From: Acidimicrobiales bacterium
Lineage (GTDB): Bacteria; Actinomycetota; Acidimicrobiia; Acidimicrobiales; SZUA-35
NCBI GenBank assembly: GCA_020629155.1
Contig: JAHDDW010000007.1
Location: 17,525 to 81,524, forward strand
Direction: 5' to 3'
Length of the DNA: 64,000 nucleotides
Shown: piece by piece, positions 27,309 to 36,620 of the stretch
How positions within the stretch are numbered: position 1 is the first letter of the stretch
Layout of the letters: every line of letters begins with the position of its first letter
Program-made: the position numbers and the translations under genes
Notes under the pieces: model-generated
What the model saw: the letters and a program-made list of their open reading frames with translations, nothing else
The model's database searches: none
Told to the model about the DNA's origin: nothing

Positions 27309-27504
27309 GGGGATGTCTTTTTATTTTACATCCCCTCAGTATTCACGCTGCGCTTAGCACGTTAGCACGCAGCAGGGATGTCTTTTTATTTTACATCCCC
27401 TCAGTATTCACGCTGCGCTTAGCACGTTAGCACGCAGCAGGGATGTTTTTTATTTTACATCCCCTCAGTATTCACGCGCAGCTTAGCACGTTAACACACA
27501 GCCT
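27309..27504. repeat. 3 x 65-bp tandem repeat, each unit with two hairpins, in the lpd-E2 spacer
   Basis: Units start at 27310, 27375 and 27440. Unit sequence: GGGATGTCTTTTTATTTTACATCCCCTCAGTATTCACGCTGCGCTTAGCACGTTAGCACGCAGCA. Units 1 and 2 are identical by eye; unit 3 has a 1-nt deletion and 3' divergence. Confidence 0.9.
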
Positions 27505-27517
27505 GAACAGTAGCTTT

Positions 27518-28924
27518 TTAATGCAACGAGCGGCCTGTTAACGCTAGCATTGTTTCACCATAGAGCTCACTCATTGTTGGGTGTGGCTGGATAAACTGTG
27601 CGACTTCTTCAACAGTCGCTTCCCAGTTAACAGCCATATAACCTTGACCTATTTGTTCAGTAACCCATGGGCCAGCCATGTGCACACCAAGAATTGTGCC
27701 GCCTGTGCCGTCGGCTTTTTTCTCTGCGATAACTTTTACCAAACCATCAGTCTCACCGACGATCATCGCACGGCCATTACCTGTGAAACGATGCTTTGAG
27801 ACAACAACGTCGTAGCCAGCTTCTTTCGCTGACTCTTCACTGTGACCAGCAAACGCTACTTCTGGATAGCAATAGATACACCATGGGACTTTGCCATAAT
27901 CAACTGGCGTTGTTTGTTCGCCCAAAATATCGGTGATCGCCAGCATACCTTCGGCGAAACCAACATGGGCAAGCTGAGCGGTATTGATAATGTCGCCAAC
28001 AGCCCACACATTTTCGACCGTTGTGCGACAGTTTTGGTCGACTTCGATAAAGCCTCGCTCGTCAACTTTTACTTGCGTGTTTTCAAGACCGAGTGTTTCT
28101 GATGCTGGGCGACGACCGATTGATAACACAACCGTGTCGGCAGTGATCTTTTCGTCGTTATCGCCGAAGGTTAAGGTGACACCTTCTGAGGTGGTTTCTT
28201 GCGATTTCACAGCGACTGATGTGCGAATATCGATACCACGTTTTTTGAATGATTTTTCTACAACCTTCACCGCGTCGATGTCACAGCCAGGCAGAATTTT
28301 CGGAGCATACTCCAAGATACTCACCTTGGTTCCCAAGTCACTCATCATGGATGCAAACTCACAACCAATAGCGCCGCCGCCAATAACAACAGCAGACTCC
28401 GGTAGCTCTTCGATGGAGAGCAATTCGTCAGAGGTGACAATTTGCCGGCTATCGATTGGAAAACCTGGCATTGTGCGAGGGACAGAACCAGCAGCGAGAA
28501 TAATAGCATCACCTGTGATTTGATCACCGTCAGATTTGCCACCTGTTATCGAAACGGTTCGATGGTCAGCACCCAAGGTCGCTGTTCCGTCAAATAGTGT
28601 GACTTTGCGGCCTTTCAACAACCCAGTAACGCCGCCAACAAGCTGGTTAACGATGCCCTGCTTGCGTTCTAACGTTTTTGACCAATCAAGACCAAGGTGT
28701 TCAGCTTGCACGCCAAACACGCCAGCATGTTTTACGGTACGTGAAACAGCAGCTGTTTCTAAAAGCTCTTTCGCTGGGATACAGCCGACGTTCAGGCATG
28801 TGCCACCCAGTTTATGTTTTTCGACAAGCGCTACATTCAAACCTGCAGACGCACCATAGAGAGCCGAGGCATAGCCTCCTGGTCCTCCACCTATAACAAC
28901 AACATCAAAATTTTGGCTAGTCAC
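27518..28924 (-). CDS. lpd: Dihydrolipoyl dehydrogenase (E3)
   Basis: FDVVVIGGGPGGY, redox-active GGTCLNVGCIPAK and full-length Lpd-like sequence. GTG at 28924 lies 8 nt after GGAGG; the track ORF extends to 28948. Confidence 0.93.
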   Translation of the reverse strand: MTSQNFDVVVIGGGPGGYASALYGASAGLNVALVEKHKLGGTCLNVGCIPAKELLETAAVSRTVKHAGVFGVQAEHLGLDWSKTLERKQGIVNQLVGGVTGLLKGRKVTLFDGTATLGADHRTVSITGGKSDGDQITGDAIILAAGSVPRTMPGFPIDSRQIVTSDELLSIEELPESAVVIGGGAIGCEFASMMSDLGTKVSILEYAPKILPGCDIDAVKVVEKSFKKRGIDIRTSVAVKSQETTSEGVTLTFGDNDEKITADTVVLSIGRRPASETLGLENTQVKVDERGFIEVDQNCRTTVENVWAVGDIINTAQLAHVGFAEGMLAITDILGEQTTPVDYGKVPWCIYCYPEVAFAGHSEESAKEAGYDVVVSKHRFTGNGRAMIVGETDGLVKVIAEKKADGTGGTILGVHMAGPWVTEQIGQGYMAVNWEATVEEVAQFIQPHPTMSELYGETMLALTGRSLH

Positions 28925-29115
28925 AACAGCTACCTCCATTGGTGGCAAAAATACGTAGCACTTCTATGGCTGTTTGTTGCGCAGTTTCGTTACATCTCTG
29001 CGACGAACAGACCGTTATAGCATAAACCTCAGAAAACAAAAAACTCGCACCCGAAGAAGGAAATTTCAAGTCTGCGAATACAACCCCAATCAAGCTGCTT
29101 GTATAGTTGGCCTAG

Positions 29116-29247
29116 CAGGAGCAGCATTATGAGACTGGCGCTACAAATCCAGTCTATGGGGAAATAATTGAAAACTCAGAACTATCTCTAGAAGAAACTG
29201 TCAAAGAAATTCTAAAGATCATCGGGAGACTTAAAAGAAAAAGCTGA
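29116..29247 (+). pseudogene. Start-less C-terminal gene remnant (P-loop kinase-like tail, e.g. APS-kinase-like)
   Basis: The frame opens right after a TAG and reads QEQHYETGATNPVYGEIIENSELSLEETVKEILKIIGRLKRKS-stop. No start codon. It lies at the edge of the Rpn islet. Confidence 0.25.
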
Positions 29248-29304
29248 AGCTGAATTTTTCGCAGAAAAGCCTCATTCTACACCTCATCACTGCTCAACCG
29301 CCTG

Positions 29305-30225
29305 CTAGAGTTGCTCGATTTGTTGTGGCGTTAATTTAGTGTAAAGACTGATTTGTGACGCAGGCACCCCAGCCTGTTTCATCTGCGTAGCGATACTTTG
29401 TCGTTCTTCCTGTTGCGCTTCTTCTCTGCCTTGTTGTCTGTATCTCTCTTTAAGCGTTGGCATTGCAATTCCTTCGTCTACTAGTTTTTTGGTTAATGTT
29501 TCGTAGGTTTCTGTTTCAAGGTCATGCTCATGCAGATATTTTAAGATCGCATAGAGCAGTTCAGTATCCTCAGTAACCCGGCTTAAATTTATCATTAAAC
29601 CTGCAAGACGTGCAATGGCTTTGTCAGATGCAGGTGGCTTGATAGCTTTCAAAAGTTCAAAGACAAGCGTATTCTCAAGAGAAGCTTTGTCAAAAGATAT
29701 GTCGTGCACATTGACAAGCAGATACTCGAAATTTGGGATGTAACGTTTAAGGTCAAAAGGGATTGTTTCCAACAGTTGGTGCATATTTGTTGCTGAATTC
29801 CAGTGTTCGTTGCCGTGATAGAAAACGAGGGGCAAAATTAGTTTAAAAGGTTCTTTTCCATCATACTTTTCCCAAATCCTTACGATGTAGCGCAGTAGCT
29901 GAAAAATGACTGTCTTGTCAGTTGAGCTTTTATGTTCAAACAGCAAATAGACATACGCTGGATTGTCGCTATCAAGAAGTCTTGTCTTATAGAGTAGGTC
30001 TGAATGCGAACGAATAAGGTCAGGAGAAACAAATGAGTCTTTCTGAGGCGCCAGCGTGCCGAGGTCAAGCAAGTTCACAACTTCTTGTGGAAAGAAATTG
30101 ACGACAAAATCAGCAGCCAGTCGAGGGTTACCGAGCCATTTTTTGAAGAATGCGTCATGCGGTCGATAAAGAGTATTCTTTAGATCATCAGTTGACTTGT
30201 CTTTGTTGACAGGTTCTTGTCTCAT
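29305..30225 (-). CDS. Rpn/YhgA-like PD-(D/E)XK recombination-promoting nuclease (putative transposase family)
   Basis: HDAFFKKWLGNPRLAADFVVNFFP, SDLLYKTRL, YVYLLFEHKSS and FQLLRYIVRIW match the YhgA-like layout (D...ExK). AT-rich islet. Confidence 0.8.
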   Translation of the reverse strand: MRQEPVNKDKSTDDLKNTLYRPHDAFFKKWLGNPRLAADFVVNFFPQEVVNLLDLGTLAPQKDSFVSPDLIRSHSDLLYKTRLLDSDNPAYVYLLFEHKSSTDKTVIFQLLRYIVRIWEKYDGKEPFKLILPLVFYHGNEHWNSATNMHQLLETIPFDLKRYIPNFEYLLVNVHDISFDKASLENTLVFELLKAIKPPASDKAIARLAGLMINLSRVTEDTELLYAILKYLHEHDLETETYETLTKKLVDEGIAMPTLKERYRQQGREEAQQEERQSIATQMKQAGVPASQISLYTKLTPQQIEQL

Positions 30226-30752
30226 AAGAGGAATACTCGAAATGACGCACCCAGTTTAAATGCAGCGTATGCTTTAGCAGCACAGTTCTCTATGAAACGG
30301 AACGTCGCTCCATAGGATTCCATCAAGAATTTACCTTCTGAGCCTAACGAGATGGTTGATAACCACAGCCGAGCATTTCCTCCAGAGAGTTCAACGCTTT
30401 CGTAGATTGCGTTTCGAGCTAGAGAAAAATTTTCATGCCAAGTAGTATCAGTTTCTTGAAGCCAGTGTGAAGAGTTCGAGATCTGAGAAATGAACTGACG
30501 TTCTTCATCTAAAAATTTCTTGTCTCTTGCCCCATAAAAATCGCTATATACCTGATCGGTGAAAGACACAAGTTCGTGCGAAACGACGTCTGGCTTTAAC
30601 GACCAGACGAGACGCCTACCATCTTCTGCCAAGTTATACGCTTCGAGGCAGAAGTGAGACGAAACAACATCAAGAACTTCCTCAGTCGAGACACCCTCGG
30701 GTACGTCCAGTTTAGCTTCTGCAATAAATCCGATATTCAAATAAACACCCAT
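30222..30752 (-). CDS. Hypothetical protein translationally coupled to the Rpn-like nuclease
   Basis: 176-aa ORF. Its TGA overlaps the Rpn ATG (ATGA at 30222-30225). No recognisable motif. Confidence 0.55.
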   Translation of the reverse strand: MGVYLNIGFIAEAKLDVPEGVSTEEVLDVVSSHFCLEAYNLAEDGRRLVWSLKPDVVSHELVSFTDQVYSDFYGARDKKFLDEERQFISQISNSSHWLQETDTTWHENFSLARNAIYESVELSGGNARLWLSTISLGSEGKFLMESYGATFRFIENCAAKAYAAFKLGASFRVFLL

Positions 30753-31002
30753 AGGTGCAAACTACACAAAAAGAGACCCACAATTACATTAAATACTTTA
30801 ATTTCTTTTAAATGCTTTTATCTATCTTACTTTTTGACACCGGCAAGCCAAGTTTGTGCTCGCAGATACCCAAACATTTAAGAATGCAACGATATATACC
30901 TCTTTCTAAATTTTTTTGCTTTCTGAAATAATCGATATTCCATGTAAAGGTAGTTTCTATTCAGTGCACCAGCAAGCAGTGCGGTGAAACTATAGTTGGG
31001 CG

Positions 31003-32259
31003 ATGACCCAGCAGCAAATGCAACGGCTCGACTTCATAGACGCACTGCGTGGAATTGCTGCACTAGCAGTTTTGCTGCAACATTGCGCCGAAAAACTTTG
31101 GCCCGCCTATTACCGTTTTTCGGTTGAAACTATCCGCCCAGGCCAATGGGGCGTGTTCGTGTTTTTCCTCGTCAGCGGCTTTGTCATCCCGCTATCGTTA
31201 AAACGAGAAACCAGCACCGTAGCATTTTGGATAGGCCGTTTCTTCCGCTTGTTCCCTCTCTATTGGGCAATGCTCGCTGCTGCCTATGTTACGTGGCAAC
31301 TTGGCTGGTACGGCGTCGACCCAGCGGTGAGCGCGAAACCATTGTGGCATCTAATCAAAAACGCCACGATGGTGCAAGAATTTATTGACGCAGACCATTA
31401 CATCGGCGCTGCATGGAGTCTAGCTTATGAGATGGTTTTCTATCTCTATATAACCGTCATTTTCATGAGTGGTTTAACGAAAAAGGCTGCAACGAAATCA
31501 ACTATAGCAACACTTGGCTTGGCGATCAGCCTTGGCTTATTAATTACCCCTACCTTTGTTTTAGGGGCAGAACCTCACACAAAACGCATCGCCATCCCTT
31601 TAGCTGTTACTGCGCTTTTCCTCACGATTTTCTGGGACAAGCTAAGCAACAAGTATCACAAAGCAGCTTCTGGGTTTACGTTGTTCATAGGTGTTGCTTT
31701 GCTGCTTAATCAGCCGCTAGATATGTGGTTTACCCTGCTGTTATTCGCCACGATGGGTTGTGGCTGGGTGTATTACGAAGCACATTGTGGCCGGGCACGT
31801 ATCTCAACAGCGCTGCTACTGAGCGTGGCAACAACGTTTCTTTTTGCCTTGCAGCTTCGCTGGTGGACGGTGCCTCATCTTGACCCACAAGGCGCTTTCG
31901 TGACGTGGAAAGCAAGCGCTGTTACCCTCTTTTTTGCGCATGCTACGTTTATAGCAACATATTTTCTGCGCAGCTATAACTACCCTAAAACGCTTCTCTG
32001 GCTAGGCAAAATAAGCTACTCTTCCTATCTTGTACACGCCATAGTTATTAATGCCGTGCCGAAACAGGCTAGTGCGCTGACAACACTTACGGTATGGGTA
32101 GCAATCACACTTGTAATTTCTACAGCAACATTTTATGGAATCGAGCTACCGATGCAAAAAGTCGGCCGACGCCTCCGAACACGATGGCGCACGAGCCGAC
32201 TCGGCGTCAGTGAAATTGACCTTCGCACAGCTGCCAAAGAAGTAAGAACTACTACATAA
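31003..32259 (+). CDS. Acyltransferase family 3 (OafA/YrhL-like membrane O-acyltransferase)
   Basis: RLDFIDALRGIAALAVLLQH N-terminal motif and about 10 TM segments. Confidence 0.82.
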   Translation: MTQQQMQRLDFIDALRGIAALAVLLQHCAEKLWPAYYRFSVETIRPGQWGVFVFFLVSGFVIPLSLKRETSTVAFWIGRFFRLFPLYWAMLAAAYVTWQLGWYGVDPAVSAKPLWHLIKNATMVQEFIDADHYIGAAWSLAYEMVFYLYITVIFMSGLTKKAATKSTIATLGLAISLGLLITPTFVLGAEPHTKRIAIPLAVTALFLTIFWDKLSNKYHKAASGFTLFIGVALLLNQPLDMWFTLLLFATMGCGWVYYEAHCGRARISTALLLSVATTFLFALQLRWWTVPHLDPQGAFVTWKASAVTLFFAHATFIATYFLRSYNYPKTLLWLGKISYSSYLVHAIVINAVPKQASALTTLTVWVAITLVISTATFYGIELPMQKVGRRLRTRWRTSRLGVSEIDLRTAAKEVRTTT

Positions 32260-32483
32260 AGTGTGAAGCCTCCAGGCCTGTTGGCCTGTTGGCCTGTACC
32301 ACAGCACAATAGCAACCCCCACGAAAGCCCACAAGCGGTTGCAAGTGATTCATTTAGCAACCTAAACGACTCCCATGTCAACTGCGCAGATACTAGGACC
32401 GTTCAAAAGGTTTAGCCCATGGCCAACTTCCAAATGAGCCAAAACATTGAAGCACCGTCACCGCTAAGGTTGACAAGAGGTGC

Positions 32484-32521
32484 AATACGAAAGAAGGAGG
32501 CACATGCACTGCGCCCCCTTC
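32484..32521 (-). terminator. Rho-independent terminator downstream of the adhesin gene
   Basis: On the minus strand GAAGGGGGC pairs with GCCTCCTTC (9 bp including one G-U), followed by TTTCGTATTG. Confidence 0.6.
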
Positions 32522-32557
32522 CCTATTCGCTACGTTATGTGATTTATTTGTTTAGCA

Positions 32558-35500
32558 TTAAACTCTGGCTTTGCCAGCCTGATCTTTTTTGAATCGAGTG
32601 GCATAAACCAAACCGCCCATAAGCAGTAGGCCAAGACCAAGAGCGAACAAGACAGTAGTGAAGTTCGTACCTGTTTTAGCTAGAATTCCACCAATGCCAA
32701 CAGTTGCGACATCATGATCATCCTCGTCTTCACCAGCTTTACCGTTCCCATCGACGTTATCGTCATCAGGATCGCCACCAGTTTCAGGACCAACATCATC
32801 GTTTGCTGCATCAGGCATCGAATCAATATCGTTACCCAAATTGCCTTCGCTATCATAGGCTTCACTGATCTCAGCGAAGTTATTAATAACGCCAGCAGCA
32901 TCTGAATCAACACTGAAAGTAATTTCAACTGAGATAGTGTCGCCCGCAACGAGAACATCTGTATAAGTGATAGAAGCTGTCCCATCACCATTATCTGTCC
33001 AGTCACTATCATTCAGCGTCAAACCAGCAGGAATGTAATCGGTGATCGTGATATTTGATGCATCAACTTCGCCCTGATTTATCACGCTGATAATAAAGCT
33101 AACACTGTCACCAGGGTTCACAGAACCAGTGTTTGTGCCGTCAGCTAGCTGCTTCATCAACGCAAGGTCAAATATCGGACCATAGAAACCGAAATCAACC
33201 GTTAGGTTTTCGTTCTCGTCAGCTGTGTTCGGATCATTATCAGGGTTCTCACCTGTTGGTTCTCCGTCGCCAAGCATAACAGTGCCCGACAATACATAGC
33301 CTGTGTCACAACCACAGCCTGAACCGTTATTGTCGTTATCAACATCGTCGTTTGGATCAGTTGACACTGGCGTAGACGGCGCCCAACCAACTAAAGGCTG
33401 ACCTGGTTCCCATTCCATCGGTGGGATACCAACAATGTATTTACCTGCTGGCAAACCGTCGAAGAGGTACATACCATTCGCATCGGTACCTGTTGTAGCC
33501 ACAGCATCATTTACATCTATGATTCCGTCACCATTTATGTCATCAGGAACACCATCATTATCATTGTCAGTGAACAATTCAACCCACACATTCGCGATTG
33601 GCGATTCGTCAGGGTCAATTATTCCATCGTTATTAGCATCGAACCAAACCTGATTACCAATGCTGTAGTCGCCACCGATTACAAGAGACGCCACGTCGTG
33701 GTCATCTTCGTCATCGGTTCCATCACCATCAACATTGTCATCATTGTTACCGTCACCTGTCACAGGACCGATGTCACCAGGTGTGCTGTCAGGATCAGAG
33801 TCAACATCTGAAACAGGGTTACCTTCAGTGTCAGTAAACCCAGCAATTTCAGCGAAGTTGTCGATTGTTCCGGACGCGTCAGCATCAATAGTAAAGGTAA
33901 TGTCAACCGTGGCTGATGTAGTACCAGGAAGTGATGCGATCGGCGTATTCAACGTTGCTGTACCATCTCCGTTGTCAGTCCAATCGCTATCATCAAGCGT
34001 CAAACCAGCAGGAACATAGTCAACTAGTGCAACGTTTGCAGCATCAGTATCTAGCTGGTTAATTACTGTCAAGGTGAACGTCACCTGATCTCCAGGAGCT
34101 ACAGAGCCGACATTGCTGCCATCTGCTAGCTGTTTCGTCAACGCAAGGTCATAGGCTTGTGTGAACCCAAAGTCTAGCGTGTGATCATTTTGACCAGCAG
34201 AGCCAGTGGTGTACATAATCGCTGGGAAGCCGTCCATGTCGACAGCATCAGAATCTGCATCGTCATCATCGTCACCGCTATCTTGTGTTAGCGACCAACC
34301 TTCAAGAGGACCACCAGCAGCATAATCGGCTGGGTTATCCATCTTTATTTTGTATTCCGTGTTTGGATCAACATCAAAGTAGTATGAACCGTCAGGACCA
34401 GTGATCGCTGTTGCAATCAACGTTACACCATCAGCGGCATACAAGTTAACTGTCGCACCAACAACAGGAGCTTCTGAAGGATCTTGCACTCCATCACCAT
34501 CAGCATCAAACCAAACATAGTTACCAATTTGGATAGGAGCTGCTTCACAAAGCGCTTCGATGTCACCTAAGCCACCAGCCTTTTGGAAGTCTTCACCTCG
34601 AAGCATCATGTAGCCACGTTCAGCTGAACCATCGACATTGTTATTCCAAACAAGACCATTTGATGAGAAGTAGAACGGAGGACCAAAAGCTTCAGCAGGG
34701 TTGATCTGTGTATGAACAAGAGGGAACCCAGGAATCTGTTCACTAGAACCTAAGTTTGATTCATGGTGGAACGTACCAACATCAGGTCCACCACCATCGG
34801 TGTAGAATTCATATCCTTCTGGATCAGTTGCAGATGATTCTGCTTGTGCCCATACGCCTACGTCATTACTACCTGTACGATCGCCACATTCAAGGCCATC
34901 TTCAAGCTGGTACGTTCCTGTGGTTGGATCTGTAGCATCAGGCACGAATGCCGAACAAACTAAGTCACCTTGAACAATGACTTTATAGAGTCCTGTTCCT
35001 AAATCTGGAACTTCTAGAAGCCAACCGAACTGGTCAGCTGTCATGTCTTTTAGACCCAGAGTCAAGTTGTTGTTATAGAAATCAATGTCAGTTAACAAGT
35101 GCTGTGGCCGTCCGATGTCATCTTCTGCATCGGGGCGCACGGCAACATTACCTGAAAGATCAACGATATTCGGAACCCAAGCTCCGTATGTTTCTACTCC
35201 TTCATCAAGTGGAGCGTGGCTGTGTATCAATGTGAACGTACCTGTAACTGGATCCACCTCATAGACATAGAACAACATGTCAGCTTCGTCACCTGTAGAA
35301 AGGGCAGTACATGTTACACCAGAGTAAAGTTTTCCATCGTGATATTCTAAAGCAAACGGAATGATATCGGTTGCCGGATCTGGACATGTTTCATAGTCAA
35401 TACCTAATGTGGCATCGTTGTAATCCCAAGAATCGATAACGCTACCATCAGCGGTGCTAAGAGCAACAAGTTCTCGACTTGTCAAGTTATGCACATAGAG

Positions 35501-36487
35501 TGTCGTGTCATCATCAGAAATGTCAATGTCACCTAGAGCACAATTAGCTACTGCTTGGAATACTTCATTTGTAATACTAGGAACTTCTTGGAGATCAGTA
35601 TCTGTACTATGAGGATCATCACAAACATCAAAACCTAGATCAGCAAGATCAACGAATTCAACGGCAGGGCCGCTAGCTAGACCAGTTGCTGGGTCCATAG
35701 GAACTTGGTAAATCGCGCCTGGTCCACCTGGACCGAAATCAACAGCAGCTTTCATGTACGAGGCGAGAAACAATACTTCGTCGGTGCGGTTCCATGCTTC
35801 GCCCCATACGGCTCCGACATCGCCAGTGCTTACCTCTTTATTAGGTGGCGTGTTAACACCAGTGTCATCAACTTGCCAATCATCTGGCCAGTTACCACCA
35901 CTATGGCTATCTGCTCCCCAGTTGAAACCTATTGTCGTTACTGCATCGTTTGCAGCAACATTATCTGGATCATCATGTGCGCCTACTCGGTAACAAGGCA
36001 CCGCTAGGAAAACTCCAGAATGACAGTAGTCTGCTGGGTTCATGACACCAAAACTCAGTGTACAGTTGCCAGCTTCGGCAAACTGGACAGATGACTGATT
36101 GTCAGCACCGCTTGGGCCTGACTCCAGGAATGTTTGATTTGGCCATGTGAACTCAATACGAATTGGTGTGCCTGCAGCAACCGATGTCGAAAGGTCGAAC
36201 GATCCATCAGCGAGCGTTGTGGTCGTGCCGACTGCTGCACCCGTGTCGTCATAAGCGGTGACTACAACTCCAGCTTCACCAGGCTCAGCATCATAAGTAT
36301 CAACACCATTTGGGTGTGGATCACCTTGCGCCTGACGGACACCATCGGCGTTATGGTCTCTAAATACTGACCCCACACAATCGCCGGGGGCTGCACCTAC
36401 TGGTGCCGCTGGCACGATAACAGCTAAAGAAGCTGACAACAGAGCGACAACCCACAAGGCGCACGCTCTTTTGAACAAATTACTCAT
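32558..36487 (-). CDS. Cell-wall-anchored surface protein with SdrD-B-like and DUF11-like repeat domains and LAKTG sorting signal
   Basis: Signal peptide. Repeated motifs GNYVWFDADGDGVQD / GNQVWFDANNDGIID and LALTKQLADG... / LALMKQLADG.... C-terminal LAKTG (32669-32683), then a hydrophobic segment and a basic tail RFKKDQAGKARV. Confidence 0.88.
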   Translation of the reverse strand: MSNLFKRACALWVVALLSASLAVIVPAAPVGAAPGDCVGSVFRDHNADGVRQAQGDPHPNGVDTYDAEPGEAGVVVTAYDDTGAAVGTTTTLADGSFDLSTSVAAGTPIRIEFTWPNQTFLESGPSGADNQSSVQFAEAGNCTLSFGVMNPADYCHSGVFLAVPCYRVGAHDDPDNVAANDAVTTIGFNWGADSHSGGNWPDDWQVDDTGVNTPPNKEVSTGDVGAVWGEAWNRTDEVLFLASYMKAAVDFGPGGPGAIYQVPMDPATGLASGPAVEFVDLADLGFDVCDDPHSTDTDLQEVPSITNEVFQAVANCALGDIDISDDDTTLYVHNLTSRELVALSTADGSVIDSWDYNDATLGIDYETCPDPATDIIPFALEYHDGKLYSGVTCTALSTGDEADMLFYVYEVDPVTGTFTLIHSHAPLDEGVETYGAWVPNIVDLSGNVAVRPDAEDDIGRPQHLLTDIDFYNNNLTLGLKDMTADQFGWLLEVPDLGTGLYKVIVQGDLVCSAFVPDATDPTTGTYQLEDGLECGDRTGSNDVGVWAQAESSATDPEGYEFYTDGGGPDVGTFHHESNLGSSEQIPGFPLVHTQINPAEAFGPPFYFSSNGLVWNNNVDGSAERGYMMLRGEDFQKAGGLGDIEALCEAAPIQIGNYVWFDADGDGVQDPSEAPVVGATVNLYAADGVTLIATAITGPDGSYYFDVDPNTEYKIKMDNPADYAAGGPLEGWSLTQDSGDDDDDADSDAVDMDGFPAIMYTTGSAGQNDHTLDFGFTQAYDLALTKQLADGSNVGSVAPGDQVTFTLTVINQLDTDAANVALVDYVPAGLTLDDSDWTDNGDGTATLNTPIASLPGTTSATVDITFTIDADASGTIDNFAEIAGFTDTEGNPVSDVDSDPDSTPGDIGPVTGDGNNDDNVDGDGTDDEDDHDVASLVIGGDYSIGNQVWFDANNDGIIDPDESPIANVWVELFTDNDNDGVPDDINGDGIIDVNDAVATTGTDANGMYLFDGLPAGKYIVGIPPMEWEPGQPLVGWAPSTPVSTDPNDDVDNDNNGSGCGCDTGYVLSGTVMLGDGEPTGENPDNDPNTADENENLTVDFGFYGPIFDLALMKQLADGTNTGSVNPGDSVSFIISVINQGEVDASNITITDYIPAGLTLNDSDWTDNGDGTASITYTDVLVAGDTISVEITFSVDSDAAGVINNFAEISEAYDSEGNLGNDIDSMPDAANDDVGPETGGDPDDDNVDGNGKAGEDEDDHDVATVGIGGILAKTGTNFTTVLFALGLGLLLMGGLVYATRFKKDQAGKARV
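32688..34530 (-). repeat. Diverged tandem duplication (~1 kb units) inside the adhesin gene
   Basis: Each unit is one SdrD-B-like module plus one DUF11-like module. The DUF11-like copies lie at about 33672-34150 and 32688-33169. Both end in DDHDVA(S/T)...IGG. Confidence 0.7.
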
Positions 36488-36620
36488 AATAACCTCACAT
36501 AGACGTATGGAGGGAAACTAATCGTAGGCGAATTACAAAAGGGGGATAGTAACGAAAATGAAATATTGAGGTAAGCTCTTCTGCACGACGACATAAAATG
36601 GCATCGAATACGCGCAGCTC

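Noticed and set aside
27309-27504. CRISPR array interpretation of the 65-bp repeats
   Set aside because: The units abut directly with no unique spacers, the unit length is atypical, and no cas genes are present. I treated it as a tandem repeat.
29102-30999. 9-bp direct repeat TATAGTTGG at 29102-29110 and 30991-30999 flanking the Rpn islet
   Set aside because: For flanks of this size, my rough estimate is about a one-in-three chance of a 9-mer match occurring by chance. No extension of the match and no coding duplication support it.
32275-32298. GGCCTGTT x3 microsatellite downstream of the acyltransferase gene
   Set aside because: It is real but tiny (24 bp) and intergenic, with no obvious function, so it is not worth a finding.
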